Source of the DNA: a virus
Reading direction: 5' to 3' (one strand)
Length of the DNA: 64,000 nt
IMG/VR virus record: IMGVR_UViG_3300025133_000072
Span: 11,721 to 75,720 of that record
Shown here: positions 28,738 to 38,451 of the stretch, piece after piece
How the letters are laid out: each line of letters begins with the position of its first letter
Position numbering within the stretch: position 1 is the stretch's first letter
Made by a program: the position numbers and the translations under genes
Notes under the pieces: generated by a model
What the model was told of the DNA's origin: nothing
The model's input: the letters and a program-made list of their open reading frames with translations, nothing else
Databases searched by the model: none

Positions 28738-28778
28738 TCTTCAATCGTTGAGATATTCGACAGGGCAGGTATCCAAGA

Positions 28779-29774
28779 ATGAATCCATTAAATTTTCAAA
28801 GTGTCCTCAAGTTTGTGACTTCTTTTGCCTCGGTAAAGGAAGGTCCGAACGTAACTTTCTTGGATGGTAAAGTGATTGTATTTGGCGGGGAAACCTTAGC
28901 CTATGCAGAAGCTAATCATCCATTCGGCAAGGTTCCGGTTTCGGTTCCTAGAGAAAAACTCGTTGCCGTAGTGAATTCTCTCCCTTCTTTACCGGAGGAA
29001 GAGGTGGATCTGAAAGTTGAAGATGATGTGATGAAGATTGAGTGTGGTTCCGTTTTGGCTGAGATTCCCACCACTAATCAGGCTTTGGTTGCTCTTCCTT
29101 CTTTTAAGAAGGGAAAGTCTTTGACTGGAGTTAGTTTAGGGGATGCTTTGGGAGATGTGTTGCCTGCGGTTTCGCAGACGATGTTAGATCCTAAATTAAC
29201 CTGCGTCCACTTCGAGGGAGGCAGAGTTGAAGCTTGTGATGGCTTCCGTATGTCAAGGTACGAGCTTGAAGAAGCCGTATTCCCAAATAGCGGAGGCATC
29301 TTGGTTCCTGGTCATCTGTTAAAAGCGATTTCAAAGAGAGTATTCACGGCTTATGCTGTTGCATCTCCTTGGCTGCTGTTAGAAGAGTCTGAGGGGCGTA
29401 TCGCTGGAGTTCGCACATACAGCGAAAAGTACGACGATCTTGAGACATGTTCTGATGTTTCGGGTAATTCTGTAGAATTTCCGGCGGGTCTTGAGAAAGA
29501 GCTGCCCAAGCCTGCAAAGGTTTTCTGCAAGGATCATCCGGATATTCGGGTGCGAGTAGCAGATAATTCTCTGTCGCTTTATCTTGGCGGAAGTCTAGGG
29601 TGGATGCAAAAAAAGTTTGATATGGAATATGGTGGCGATCCCATTCAGTTTTCAATTCGATCTGAGCATCTACTCTCGGCTTTAACTTTAGGGAACAATT
29701 TGGAAATTGGAGGAGGCAGAGTGAAAATATCTGGGGAAAGATTTTCACATGTAGTCTGCATCTCTCAAAGCTAA
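28779..29774 (+). CDS. Beta-clamp-like sliding clamp
   Basis: 331 aa; LTCVHF..GRVEACDGFRM resembles the DnaN ATDGHRL motif; promoter TTGACA-17-TAATCT upstream. Confidence 0.75.
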   Translation: MNPLNFQSVLKFVTSFASVKEGPNVTFLDGKVIVFGGETLAYAEANHPFGKVPVSVPREKLVAVVNSLPSLPEEEVDLKVEDDVMKIECGSVLAEIPTTNQALVALPSFKKGKSLTGVSLGDALGDVLPAVSQTMLDPKLTCVHFEGGRVEACDGFRMSRYELEEAVFPNSGGILVPGHLLKAISKRVFTAYAVASPWLLLEESEGRIAGVRTYSEKYDDLETCSDVSGNSVEFPAGLEKELPKPAKVFCKDHPDIRVRVADNSLSLYLGGSLGWMQKKFDMEYGGDPIQFSIRSEHLLSALTLGNNLEIGGGRVKISGERFSHVVCISQS

Positions 29775-29793
29775 TTCAGTAAAGAGGTGAACC

Positions 29794-31080
29794 ATTGGTG
29801 ACATAGTAGGTTTTTTCGGGAACAGCCTTAAAGATGTAGCCAAAGCCAAGAAGTCCAATAAGATTCCGGACTGTTTTTCTTGTAAGCTCTATACGGGGTG
29901 TATGCATCCTAAGATGGAGCCTGTTGGAGAGGGCAGGAAAGGTATCTTCATTATTGGAGAATCTCCTAGTAGTCAAGAAGATGCTTTGGGGGAATCCTTC
30001 GTAGGTAAAGCCGGGGAGTTCCTCAGAGAAACATTAGAGGATTACGGGATTCATTTAGAAAGAGATTGTTGGAAAACTAATGCTATTCAGTGTCATCCGA
30101 GAGAGAACAGAACCCCCTCAGACTTTGAGATCCAGTGTTGTCGAACCAGACTACATAGGCAGATCCAAGAAAGGAATCCATCTAAGATTCTTCTCCTGGG
30201 CAATTCAGCGATTCAGAGCATAATAGGCCATCGCTGGACCCGGATCAAAAGATACTCCGTTTCTTATTGGCGAGGCTTCACCATTCCAGATGCTTTTTAC
30301 AAAGCTTGGATCTGTGCTACTTATCATCCTTCGGCTATTCTCAGGGCTTTGGACGATAAGATCCCTTCTGTTATCCCAACCTTGTTTTTCAATGACATGG
30401 ACACTTACATGAACCTGCCAGAGAGAACTCATTTCAGTGATTTGGATGAGGATCGAAAGAATGTGCGGGTTCTTTACAAAAGAGCTGAGATCGAGAGAGC
30501 TTTGATAGATGTTTTGGATAATCCAGATCCCCTCTTTGCTTTTGACTACGAGACGACAGGACTTAAGCCCCAGGATTCCAGGCATAGAATCGTTTATGGG
30601 GGATTCAGTGTGGAGGATGGGAAGTCCACAGCATTCCCTTTCCCTATCACAAGAGATGACAGAATCTTTTATCTATGGAGGAGGATTCTTTTAGATCCCA
30701 GAATTGAGAAGACAGCACACCATATTAAGTTTGAGGAGAATTGGAGCAGAGCCAAGGTAGGTCTTGAGGGTGTTGTGAATTGGAAATGGTGCTCAATGGA
30801 GGGCGCTCATATCCTGGACAATCGGGAAGGCATAACAGGATTGAAATTCCAGACCTATATTCGTTTTGGAATACCTGATTATTCTTCTGCTGTAGACAAG
30901 TTTCTGACACATGATGATGAGGATGATTCTGGATCGAATGCCATGAATAACATCACCAATGCAGATCCCAGAGAGGCTATGATTTATTGTGGTTTGGATT
31001 GTATTTATCAGAGAAGATTGGCGTTGGATCAGATGATAGAGAATCGATTATTGGCTACGTCCATGCTGGAGAAAAAATAA
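29794..31080 (+). CDS. Family-4 uracil-DNA glycosylase fused to a PolA-type 3'-5' exonuclease
   Basis: CFSC, IIGESP, FVGKAG, TNAIQC.P, TYHPS, then FDYETTG and YCGLD. Frame is open from 29791; first ATG at 29902. Confidence 0.85.
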   Translation: MGDIVGFFGNSLKDVAKAKKSNKIPDCFSCKLYTGCMHPKMEPVGEGRKGIFIIGESPSSQEDALGESFVGKAGEFLRETLEDYGIHLERDCWKTNAIQCHPRENRTPSDFEIQCCRTRLHRQIQERNPSKILLLGNSAIQSIIGHRWTRIKRYSVSYWRGFTIPDAFYKAWICATYHPSAILRALDDKIPSVIPTLFFNDMDTYMNLPERTHFSDLDEDRKNVRVLYKRAEIERALIDVLDNPDPLFAFDYETTGLKPQDSRHRIVYGGFSVEDGKSTAFPFPITRDDRIFYLWRRILLDPRIEKTAHHIKFEENWSRAKVGLEGVVNWKWCSMEGAHILDNREGITGLKFQTYIRFGIPDYSSAVDKFLTHDDEDDSGSNAMNNITNADPREAMIYCGLDCIYQRRLALDQMIENRLLATSMLEKK

Positions 31081-32474
31081 TGAGAGCTACGACTCAGGAA
31101 GCTTACCAATTATTTCATGATGGGGCTCTGGCTTTAGCACGAGCTGAGTACAACGGCATCAAAGTAGATCTTCCCTACTGCAAGGAGACAGACAAGCATC
31201 TCCAGAATAGAGAAGAGGCTATGCAGAGTCTTCTAAAAGAGTCGGAGCTTTACCAGCTCTGGGGGAAGATGATGCCTCCTACAGAGATCAACCTGGATTC
31301 GACAAAACAATTGGGGAAAGTTCTTTTTGAGGTGATGGAAATTCCTCCTCCAATTATAACTGACAAGGGAAATTATTCTGTTTCAGAAGAGGCTCTTTCT
31401 ATTGTGGCCCCGGAGGTTCCTGGGGTTCAGCACATCTTAGATATTCGAGGGATTCAGAAAGCTCGGTCTACTTATTTCGGAGGGATTCTCAAAGAGCAAT
31501 TTGACGGGGTTCTCCATCCTTTCTTTCATTTGAACAAAGTCAAGACCTATCGCTCCAGCAGTTCCCGGATCAATTTTCAGAACCTTCCTAAGCGGGACCC
31601 TTTTATGATGAACATGATCAGGAAGGCTTTTTCCGCTCGTCCTGGTCACAGGTTGGTAGAAGTGGATTTTGGGGGTATCGAGGTCAAGGTGAGTGCCTGT
31701 TGCCACAAAGATCCGAACATGCTGAAATACATTAGAGATCCCTCCACGGACATGCACAGGGATGTTTCTCAGGATGCTTTTTTCCTATCCTTGGAAGACA
31801 TGACACCAGATAACGAGGACCAAGAAAAAGACATAGGAAATATCCGTTACGTGGGTAAGAACGGGTTTACCTTTGCTCAGTTCTATGGAGATTATTTTGG
31901 GAACTGCGCTCGGATTATGTGGAATTATATTGATTCAATGAACCTCGTTACAAAACAGGGCGTGGGTCTTTATGATCATCTGGCGAAACATGGAGTGCAT
32001 AATCTGGAGGATTTCAAAGATCACCTTAGAGGGGTGGAGGATATTTTTTGGAATGTTCGTTTTAAGAAATATTCTGCCTGGAAGAAGAAGACATTCAAAA
32101 AATATTTGGACACGGGTTACGTAGATCTTTTGACAGGGTTTCGATGTGGCGGAATCCCATTAGAGAAGAACCAAGTTTTGAATACACCAATACAGGGTCC
32201 AGCGTTTCATTGCTTGCTTTGGTCATTGATTGAGACAGACAAAGAACTCAGGAGAAATAACATGAAATCCTTGATCTTGGGCCAGATCCATGATGCGATT
32301 GTGCTCGATGTTCTGGACAGTGAATTTGACAATGTGTTAGATCTCTTATTAAATATAATGTGTAAGAGACTTAGAAAATACTGGAAATGGATCATCGTTC
32401 CTATGGAAGTCACAGTGGAAGCTTCCCCTGTTGACGGGAACTGGTCTGAGCTAAAAAAATTGAAACTAAACTAA
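31080..32474 (+). CDS. polA: Family A DNA polymerase, polymerase domain
   Basis: RSSSSRINFQNLP, DFGGIE (motif A), RYVGKNGFTFAQFYG (motif B), QIHDAI (motif C). Confidence 0.92.
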   Translation: MRATTQEAYQLFHDGALALARAEYNGIKVDLPYCKETDKHLQNREEAMQSLLKESELYQLWGKMMPPTEINLDSTKQLGKVLFEVMEIPPPIITDKGNYSVSEEALSIVAPEVPGVQHILDIRGIQKARSTYFGGILKEQFDGVLHPFFHLNKVKTYRSSSSRINFQNLPKRDPFMMNMIRKAFSARPGHRLVEVDFGGIEVKVSACCHKDPNMLKYIRDPSTDMHRDVSQDAFFLSLEDMTPDNEDQEKDIGNIRYVGKNGFTFAQFYGDYFGNCARIMWNYIDSMNLVTKQGVGLYDHLAKHGVHNLEDFKDHLRGVEDIFWNVRFKKYSAWKKKTFKKYLDTGYVDLLTGFRCGGIPLEKNQVLNTPIQGPAFHCLLWSLIETDKELRRNNMKSLILGQIHDAIVLDVLDSEFDNVLDLLLNIMCKRLRKYWKWIIVPMEVTVEASPVDGNWSELKKLKLN

Positions 32475-32483
32475 GGGGCAGCT

Positions 32484-33083
32484 ATGAGTGAACCACTCTA
32501 CGATTTTTTGATTACATTTAAGACAACTTCTTTAGATCCTTTGTGTTGTTCTGTTATAGGAATTGACGCAGCCCTCCTCCATCGGAAGGACAAAAAGTTA
32601 GAGAAGTCTTATTCTAGTTCGGTCAGTCCTTTTGAGGAGGATTTTGATTTGGATATGAGTACCTCCGAATATCTAGGACTCAAGGGAGATGAAGAGGATA
32701 TTCGGAATCAGTTATTGTCCTGGGATTCGGCTGATTCTGTTTTTCTGGCGTTGCATAAGTTAGGGATGTATTGGGAAAGACCTCGTTTATTTATCTGGGG
32801 TGGATTTTCTATGATCGTCTTTGAGCGTTGGTTTGAGGATGCCTACAATTTGTTCAACAGGAACAACCCAAACAGCCTGCTCCATCCAAAAGCATACAAG
32901 CTTGTGAATTCTTTTTCTCTCCCGGCAGTAGATATCCAGTCTTTGGCGATAATCCAATTGAGATCCCAGAATCTCCGGTCTTTTGGATTCGACAGTGTTT
33001 CCAAGCATCTGTCTCATGGCAAGCAGCCCCATTTATCTCGTGCCATAGAATTGGCTCAGGTTTATCGGAAATTGGATCTGTAG
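32484..33083 (+). CDS. Degenerate DnaQ/DEDDh-like exonuclease
   Basis: ITFKTTSLDP...VIGI occupies the position of DxETTGLdp...IieI. Confidence 0.5.
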   Translation: MSEPLYDFLITFKTTSLDPLCCSVIGIDAALLHRKDKKLEKSYSSSVSPFEEDFDLDMSTSEYLGLKGDEEDIRNQLLSWDSADSVFLALHKLGMYWERPRLFIWGGFSMIVFERWFEDAYNLFNRNNPNSLLHPKAYKLVNSFSLPAVDIQSLAIIQLRSQNLRSFGFDSVSKHLSHGKQPHLSRAIELAQVYRKLDL

Positions 33084-34031
33084 ATGAGTTTATATAATCA
33101 ACATCGACCAGCGACTTTTTTAGACATGATCGGATCTCCCGAAACAATAACCTCTCTCCAGACAGTTTTTGACAGGCCAGAGGATATGATTCCTCATGTG
33201 TTTCTGTTCCATGGACCTACAGGTTGTGGGAAAACAACAGCAGCCCGGATCTGTGCCAGTGAACTTGGGTGCGAGGGCTCAGATTATGTAGAGGTGAATT
33301 GCGGGAGCCAGAGAGGGATCGATAATATTCGGGAGATTGCTTTGAATAGTAAGTATGCTCCTATGTATGGGAAGAGTCGTATATGGGTTTTCGATGAAGC
33401 CCATAAGATGACCAAGGATGCTATGTCCTGTCTTCTCAAGCCCCTGGAAGATGTTCCTCCCCATGTGTATTTCTTTCTGGTTACAAATCAGCCCGGAGGA
33501 TTATTCAATGAGATCAGAGGGAGATGTATCCAGTATGAATTTCATCCTTTGATTCGGATGGAGATGATGCGCCTTATTCGGACGGTTTCTCACAAAGAGA
33601 AATTTGGGGTTATCCCAGAGATCTGTGATGAGATATTCAAGAGATCAGAAGGCAGACCCAGAGAAGCTCTCCAGATCCTCGATTCTATAAAGGATGTGCC
33701 TTCAGAGGATATGATGGAAGCTGTCCAGGCTTTCCAAGAGGAACAGACCTTGGCTTTTGATTTAGCACAGACTCTTATGGAGTCCACGACTACTATGGAT
33801 GAGGCGGGTTGGCTTAAGATAAAGCCTGTTCTTAAAAAATTAAAAGGAGATCCAGAGTCTGTTAGAAGGGTGGTGCTTTCTTATTGCACTCAGGTCATAC
33901 TTTCCAGTAGATTGGAGAGCACAAAAGGATCAAAAGCCTTCATTATTTTGGATTGTTTTTCGAAATCATTTAGAGAATCAGAGTTCGCAGGGTTAGTAAA
34001 ATCTTGTTACGAAGTGTTTAGTAGCTCTTAG
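33084..34031 (+). CDS. Clamp loader, DnaX gamma/tau-like
   Basis: LYNQHRP.TF, GPTGCGKTT, DEAH, IRGRC, SEGRPREAL. Confidence 0.9.
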   Translation: MSLYNQHRPATFLDMIGSPETITSLQTVFDRPEDMIPHVFLFHGPTGCGKTTAARICASELGCEGSDYVEVNCGSQRGIDNIREIALNSKYAPMYGKSRIWVFDEAHKMTKDAMSCLLKPLEDVPPHVYFFLVTNQPGGLFNEIRGRCIQYEFHPLIRMEMMRLIRTVSHKEKFGVIPEICDEIFKRSEGRPREALQILDSIKDVPSEDMMEAVQAFQEEQTLAFDLAQTLMESTTTMDEAGWLKIKPVLKKLKGDPESVRRVVLSYCTQVILSSRLESTKGSKAFIILDCFSKSFRESEFAGLVKSCYEVFSSS

Positions 34032-34083
34032 ATTTTTTAGTAGAGGGCTTGTCTTTTAGAATAAAAGGGGTAGAATAGAAACA

Positions 34084-34575
34084 GTGAGCAGACCTTCCTT
34101 TATAGAAGATATAGAAATTGATGAGCATAGATTAGATGCGGAATGGTTGAAGCAACCATCTCTTATTCTTCAATATTCAGAAGACCAAGCTTTAGCAAAG
34201 AAAAGACTTGAAAGAGCAAGACAGAGAGTAGATAGAGTCAAAGCAGAGACATTCAAAGACATTTGTAAAACTCCCTCAAAATATGGACTTACTAAAACTA
34301 CCGTCGATGCTATGCGCTCAGCAGTGGATCTCCAGCCTGAAGTTAAGGCTGCGAATGATGCTGTAGCCGAAGCTGTTTATCAGGCGGAGAGGTACAGGGG
34401 TGTTTTATCGGCTTTGGATCACAAAAAGAAAGCTTTAGAAAATTTAGTGACTTTGTATCTAAGAAATTATTACAGCGACTCAGATCATTCAGACATGAGC
34501 CCAGAAGACAAAAGATTAGCAAATAGGCGTGTTGCCAGAACAAGGACAATGAAAACTAAAATCAACAAGGAGTAG
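34084..34575 (+). CDS. UvsY-like recombination mediator
   Basis: DIEIDEHRLDAEWLKQP...ALDHKKKALENLV; helical, upstream of the SSB gene. Confidence 0.65.
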   Translation: MSRPSFIEDIEIDEHRLDAEWLKQPSLILQYSEDQALAKKRLERARQRVDRVKAETFKDICKTPSKYGLTKTTVDAMRSAVDLQPEVKAANDAVAEAVYQAERYRGVLSALDHKKKALENLVTLYLRNYYSDSDHSDMSPEDKRLANRRVARTRTMKTKINKE

Positions 34576-34581
34576 GGTGTA

Positions 34582-35772
34582 ATGCAAAGAAAAAGTATGC
34601 GAGAAAGGACAAGGGAAAGAGCAAGCAGAGTAAAGGGCATGGGTCTTTTGTACACTTTCGAGGAAGGAATAAAGCCTGTTTTTTACAGAGAGAAGGTTGA
34701 GGAAGAAATCAACCTGGACATCATCCCGTATGTCGTGACCATGGATAATCATCCAGACGAAGTAGAGAAGGGAGATCTTTTTTGGGTTCTGACTGTCCCT
34801 CTACATAAGAACGTAGGGGCAAGCAAAGAGAAGTTGGTCTGTCCTAGATTCAAGAATCTTCCCTGTCCAATTTGTGAAGAAGTGGACGCTCTTTCGGAAA
34901 ATTATGACGCTAACAGCACATTGATAAAGAACATCCGGTCTAAGGACATGGATATGTTCAATGTCATCGATACGGAGGACAGAGACAAGGGACCTCAAAT
35001 CTGGACTATTTCCCCTTTCTGTTTCACCAATATGCTGGATCGAAAACTGAAAAGGGCTAAGGATGATTCTCCTCATTTGGATTTTGCTGAGTTGGAGGGT
35101 GGTTCTACTTTGGATTTAGTTTTCGTAGTAGACACTTCCGGAAAGTACAAATTCAATAAGGTCGATGAGATCTCTTTCTCCAAGAGGGCTAAAGACTATC
35201 CGGAAGATATTCTCAAAGAGGGATTTCCTCTGGACAAGATTGTTCGAATCCTGGACTACGATAAGATCGCTGCCATGTTCTTTGGAGGCTCTGAGGGTGA
35301 TTCCGAAGAGACTGAATCTAAAGACGATGCGGAGTCAGAGAGTCCAGCGGATCAAGCAGCCAGCAGACAGGCCAAAGAGAATGCATCCGAGTCGATATCC
35401 CAGACGACGAAATCCCCTTCTGAGGAAGAGGAGGAGCAAGAGGAGCAGGAGACTAAGGAATTAGATCCTGATGCTTGTGTAGCGTGTGAAGGAGCAGGGA
35501 AGTCCTCTAACGGTAGGAAGTGCAAGCCTTGTAAAGGGGCGGGGAAGAAAGAGGAAGATAAAAAAGAGGAAGCGAAAGAAGAAGAACCTTCCGGGGAAAA
35601 GGAAAAGACTAAGGAAGATACGACCTCTACAGAGAAATCAGGGGACGAAAAGTGTCCGTCAGGATTCAAATACGGTATAGATACTGACCAACCACATTGT
35701 AGAGAAGTTTGCTTGAAATGCGATCTGTGGCCTGAATGCTTCAGAGCTAAGTCAAACAACAAAGCAACCTGA
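34582..35772 (+). CDS. gp32-like ssDNA-binding protein with extra Zn-binding C-terminal modules
   Basis: H...VCP...PCPICE, NVID; acidic linker; CVACEGAG...CKPCKGAG; terminal Cys cluster. Confidence 0.75.
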   Translation: MQRKSMRERTRERASRVKGMGLLYTFEEGIKPVFYREKVEEEINLDIIPYVVTMDNHPDEVEKGDLFWVLTVPLHKNVGASKEKLVCPRFKNLPCPICEEVDALSENYDANSTLIKNIRSKDMDMFNVIDTEDRDKGPQIWTISPFCFTNMLDRKLKRAKDDSPHLDFAELEGGSTLDLVFVVDTSGKYKFNKVDEISFSKRAKDYPEDILKEGFPLDKIVRILDYDKIAAMFFGGSEGDSEETESKDDAESESPADQAASRQAKENASESISQTTKSPSEEEEEQEEQETKELDPDACVACEGAGKSSNGRKCKPCKGAGKKEEDKKEEAKEEEPSGEKEKTKEDTTSTEKSGDEKCPSGFKYGIDTDQPHCREVCLKCDLWPECFRAKSNNKAT

Positions 35773-35787
35773 TTAAGAGGAGTTGAT

Positions 35788-36228
35788 ATGTCGAAAGACA
35801 CAAAAGAAAAAACAAAAGATGTTCTGGTATCCGCTTGGGTCCCTAAAGAGGATGTGGAGAGGTACTCCCTCATTCTTTTCAGCAAGGAATCCAACAAGCA
35901 GAGAGACATTATATCTCGTGTGAAAAAAGTTGTTTCGGCTGAGACAGAAGATGAGACGTTCGCCCGGATCATTGAGATGTATCGGAAGCACTGGTTTGAA
36001 GCTGGCGGGTTCATGCCCCTGGAAGTATTCATGAAGAAAGTCCAGGAGGATCTCCATAACAAGAGAACGGGCCTTCCGGATCGCTATGTTCCGATGATCA
36101 TTGATCGAGTTGAAAAAGGGCTCAAGGAACAGAAAGGGGATACCAAAGGTGGCTCCAAGAAAAAAGCAGCACCTCCCGTCCGGGGCGGAAATGGGAAGCT
36201 CCAAAAAGCAAAAACAGCCTCAGCCTGA
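35788..36228 (+). CDS. Hypothetical protein
   Basis: SD GAGGAG. Confidence 0.6.
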   Translation: MSKDTKEKTKDVLVSAWVPKEDVERYSLILFSKESNKQRDIISRVKKVVSAETEDETFARIIEMYRKHWFEAGGFMPLEVFMKKVQEDLHNKRTGLPDRYVPMIIDRVEKGLKEQKGDTKGGSKKKAAPPVRGGNGKLQKAKTASA

Positions 36229-37363
36229 TACCATTGCAGAATTAGATGCGATGATCGACCAGGAGGAAGAGGAGGATGAGAATTTAAAAACTCATCTGAT
36301 GGTTCCTACAGGGAGCACCCTTTATAATCTGGCTTGTACAGACAGGCCAGATGGGGCGTTTCCAGTCGGCACAATTGTCAATGTCGTTGGAGATTCTTCT
36401 TCTGGAAAGACTGTCCTGGGTTTGTCTTGTTTCGGGGAGTGTAATCTGCTCCCTTCTTTTGATGATTATAGATTCATCTATGATTATTCTGAGTGTGCTG
36501 CTGAGATAGACATCGGAGCTATGTTTGGCAAACGCACAGCTTCGAGAATAGAGAAGCCCCACGAGGGGAAGACTCTTACCGGGTATTCTTCTACAGTAGA
36601 GGACTGGCAGGATGCTATGAATGCCTGCCTGGAAGACGGCAGGCCATTTATCTATCTTCTGGATTCCCTGGATGCTCTTACCAGTGAGAATGAGCTGGCT
36701 CAGGTGGAGAAACAGAAGATCTCCAGAGAGACAGGAGAAGCGACTACTGGCGACTACACAGCAGCCAAGAAAGCAGCTTCGATCACTCAGATTCTTCGGA
36801 CGATGAATGATGAGCTGAAGGGAAATAATTCTCTTCTCATTGTCATTTCACAGGTTCGAAAAAAGCTGGATTCTCGTTTCCCGGTTAGGTATAGAACTGG
36901 GGGAGATGCTCTTTTGTTTTATACTTCCCTGGAATCCTGGGTTCAGATTAGAGGGAAGCTAGAGGTCAGAGGCCGACAGGTTGGAGTTCACACAGTAACT
37001 AGAGTCTCTAAGAACAAAATAACAGGGAAGCGTAGAGAGGTTCCGATTGTTATGCGGGATGCTTTGGGGATTGATGATGCAGAGGCTCTCCTCACTTTTT
37101 TGATTGATGAGAAAGTTTTTGAGGTAGGGAAGAAAAAGAATACGAAAAAGAAAGACAAGGAAAAGGACAAAGAGAAAGAAAAAGAGAAGAAGAAATCCAA
37201 TTCCATTACTATTGAGGAACTTGGTTTTGAAGGACTCCCCTCAACCTTTCTCAAGAGGACAGAAGATCCAGAAGTCATGAAGTGGTTGGTAGACAAGACA
37301 ACCCAGACCTGGAAAGAGATCGAAGCATCCTTGGTCGTTACAAGGTTCCGAAAATATGCGTAG
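36191..37363 (+). CDS. RecA/UvsX recombinase
   Basis: PTGS, GDSSSGKT, LLDSLDAL, ISQVR, TGGDALLFYTS, KNKI. Confidence 0.9.
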   Translation: MGSSKKQKQPQPDTIAELDAMIDQEEEEDENLKTHLMVPTGSTLYNLACTDRPDGAFPVGTIVNVVGDSSSGKTVLGLSCFGECNLLPSFDDYRFIYDYSECAAEIDIGAMFGKRTASRIEKPHEGKTLTGYSSTVEDWQDAMNACLEDGRPFIYLLDSLDALTSENELAQVEKQKISRETGEATTGDYTAAKKAASITQILRTMNDELKGNNSLLIVISQVRKKLDSRFPVRYRTGGDALLFYTSLESWVQIRGKLEVRGRQVGVHTVTRVSKNKITGKRREVPIVMRDALGIDDAEALLTFLIDEKVFEVGKKKNTKKKDKEKDKEKEKEKKKSNSITIEELGFEGLPSTFLKRTEDPEVMKWLVDKTTQTWKEIEASLVVTRFRKYA

Positions 37364-38255
37364 GAGATCTTATAATACTGTCCTTCTCTTAGATTGTAAT
37401 AATCTGGGACACGTTAGTTTCCATACAACAGGAGAGCTTACCCATAAAGGTGTTCCAACAGGGGTAATCTATGGCTTCCTTCGCAAGCTCATAGATATGT
37501 GTCATCATCACAATACAGGCCGGGTCCTTTTCTTTTGGGATGGAGCCAATTCCAGGATGCCCAGGAGGACTATATTTCCTGAGTACAAAGGGAATCGAGA
37601 GAGGACTGAAAAGATGCCTAAAGAACAAGAGGATATGTACTGGCAGTTCGACACTATTCGACATAATATTCTTCCTGCTCTTGGATTAGGTCAGTATGTT
37701 TTTCAGAAGCATGGAATGGAAGCTGACGATCTGATTGCCTGTGCTGTCAAACAGCTCCCTGGACATGAATTGGTTATAGGTTCTGGGGACACAGACATGT
37801 ATCAGCTCCTATCCAAGTCCGTTTCTATTGCTCCTCTTGGAAAAGGGAGTGTTCCCCTTGTGACAGAGAAAGACTTCAGAACAAGTTATGGGGGATTGGG
37901 TCCTTCGGATTACGTGACCATCAAGGCTATGGCAGGGGATGCCTCAGACAATATTCCAGGCATAGTCAAGGTAGGGGAAAAGACTGCGGTTAAGTATCTG
38001 AAAGGTGAGTTGAAAAATACTACCAAAACATGGGAAGCCCTTACTTCTGATGAGGGGATGGGCATTGTTCGGAGAAATCGTAATATAATCAGACTTCCTT
38101 TTAGGGATGTTCCTTTGGACTTTCCTTTGGATGAGGGCAAAATCAGATATCCTATGTCTTGTTCTAAGAGATTCGCTAGTGTATTTGAGGAATATGGATT
38201 ACATACTTTTTTACGTCCAGAGAATTTTAAGCGATGGGCTGAGTTTTTTTGCTAG
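37356..38255 (+). CDS. 5'-3' exonuclease / flap endonuclease
   Basis: LLLD, FWDG, YKGNR, EADD, SGDTD, GDASDNIPG, GEKTA. Confidence 0.92.
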   Translation: MRRRSYNTVLLLDCNNLGHVSFHTTGELTHKGVPTGVIYGFLRKLIDMCHHHNTGRVLFFWDGANSRMPRRTIFPEYKGNRERTEKMPKEQEDMYWQFDTIRHNILPALGLGQYVFQKHGMEADDLIACAVKQLPGHELVIGSGDTDMYQLLSKSVSIAPLGKGSVPLVTEKDFRTSYGGLGPSDYVTIKAMAGDASDNIPGIVKVGEKTAVKYLKGELKNTTKTWEALTSDEGMGIVRRNRNIIRLPFRDVPLDFPLDEGKIRYPMSCSKRFASVFEEYGLHTFLRPENFKRWAEFFC

Positions 38256-38451
38256 GGGTAGCTATGTGCGAGGAAAAAGAGGTTCCTGTAGAGAGGTCTT
38301 TGAAGAATGAATTCAATGACCGGGCCTATTGTTGTTCTGAGATTATTCAGAGCATGATAGGAGAGCATCCTTATTTAGAGGAGGATGCCAAAGCATCTAA
38401 GAAGGTGGCTGAGGTTTGTGAACTTTTGTCTAATTTGTATCACGAAACCGT

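Noticed and set aside
28754-28770. Shared (T)TCGACAGGG/CAGGGCAGG motif before the clamp, nrdJ (about 42016) and dut (about 63260)
   Set aside because: Too short and inconsistent to distinguish from SD-like chance matches.
35352-36204. Long minus-strand ORFs opposite the SSB and RecA region
   Set aside because: Antisense shadows of low-complexity Lys/Glu codons, with no RBS or motifs.
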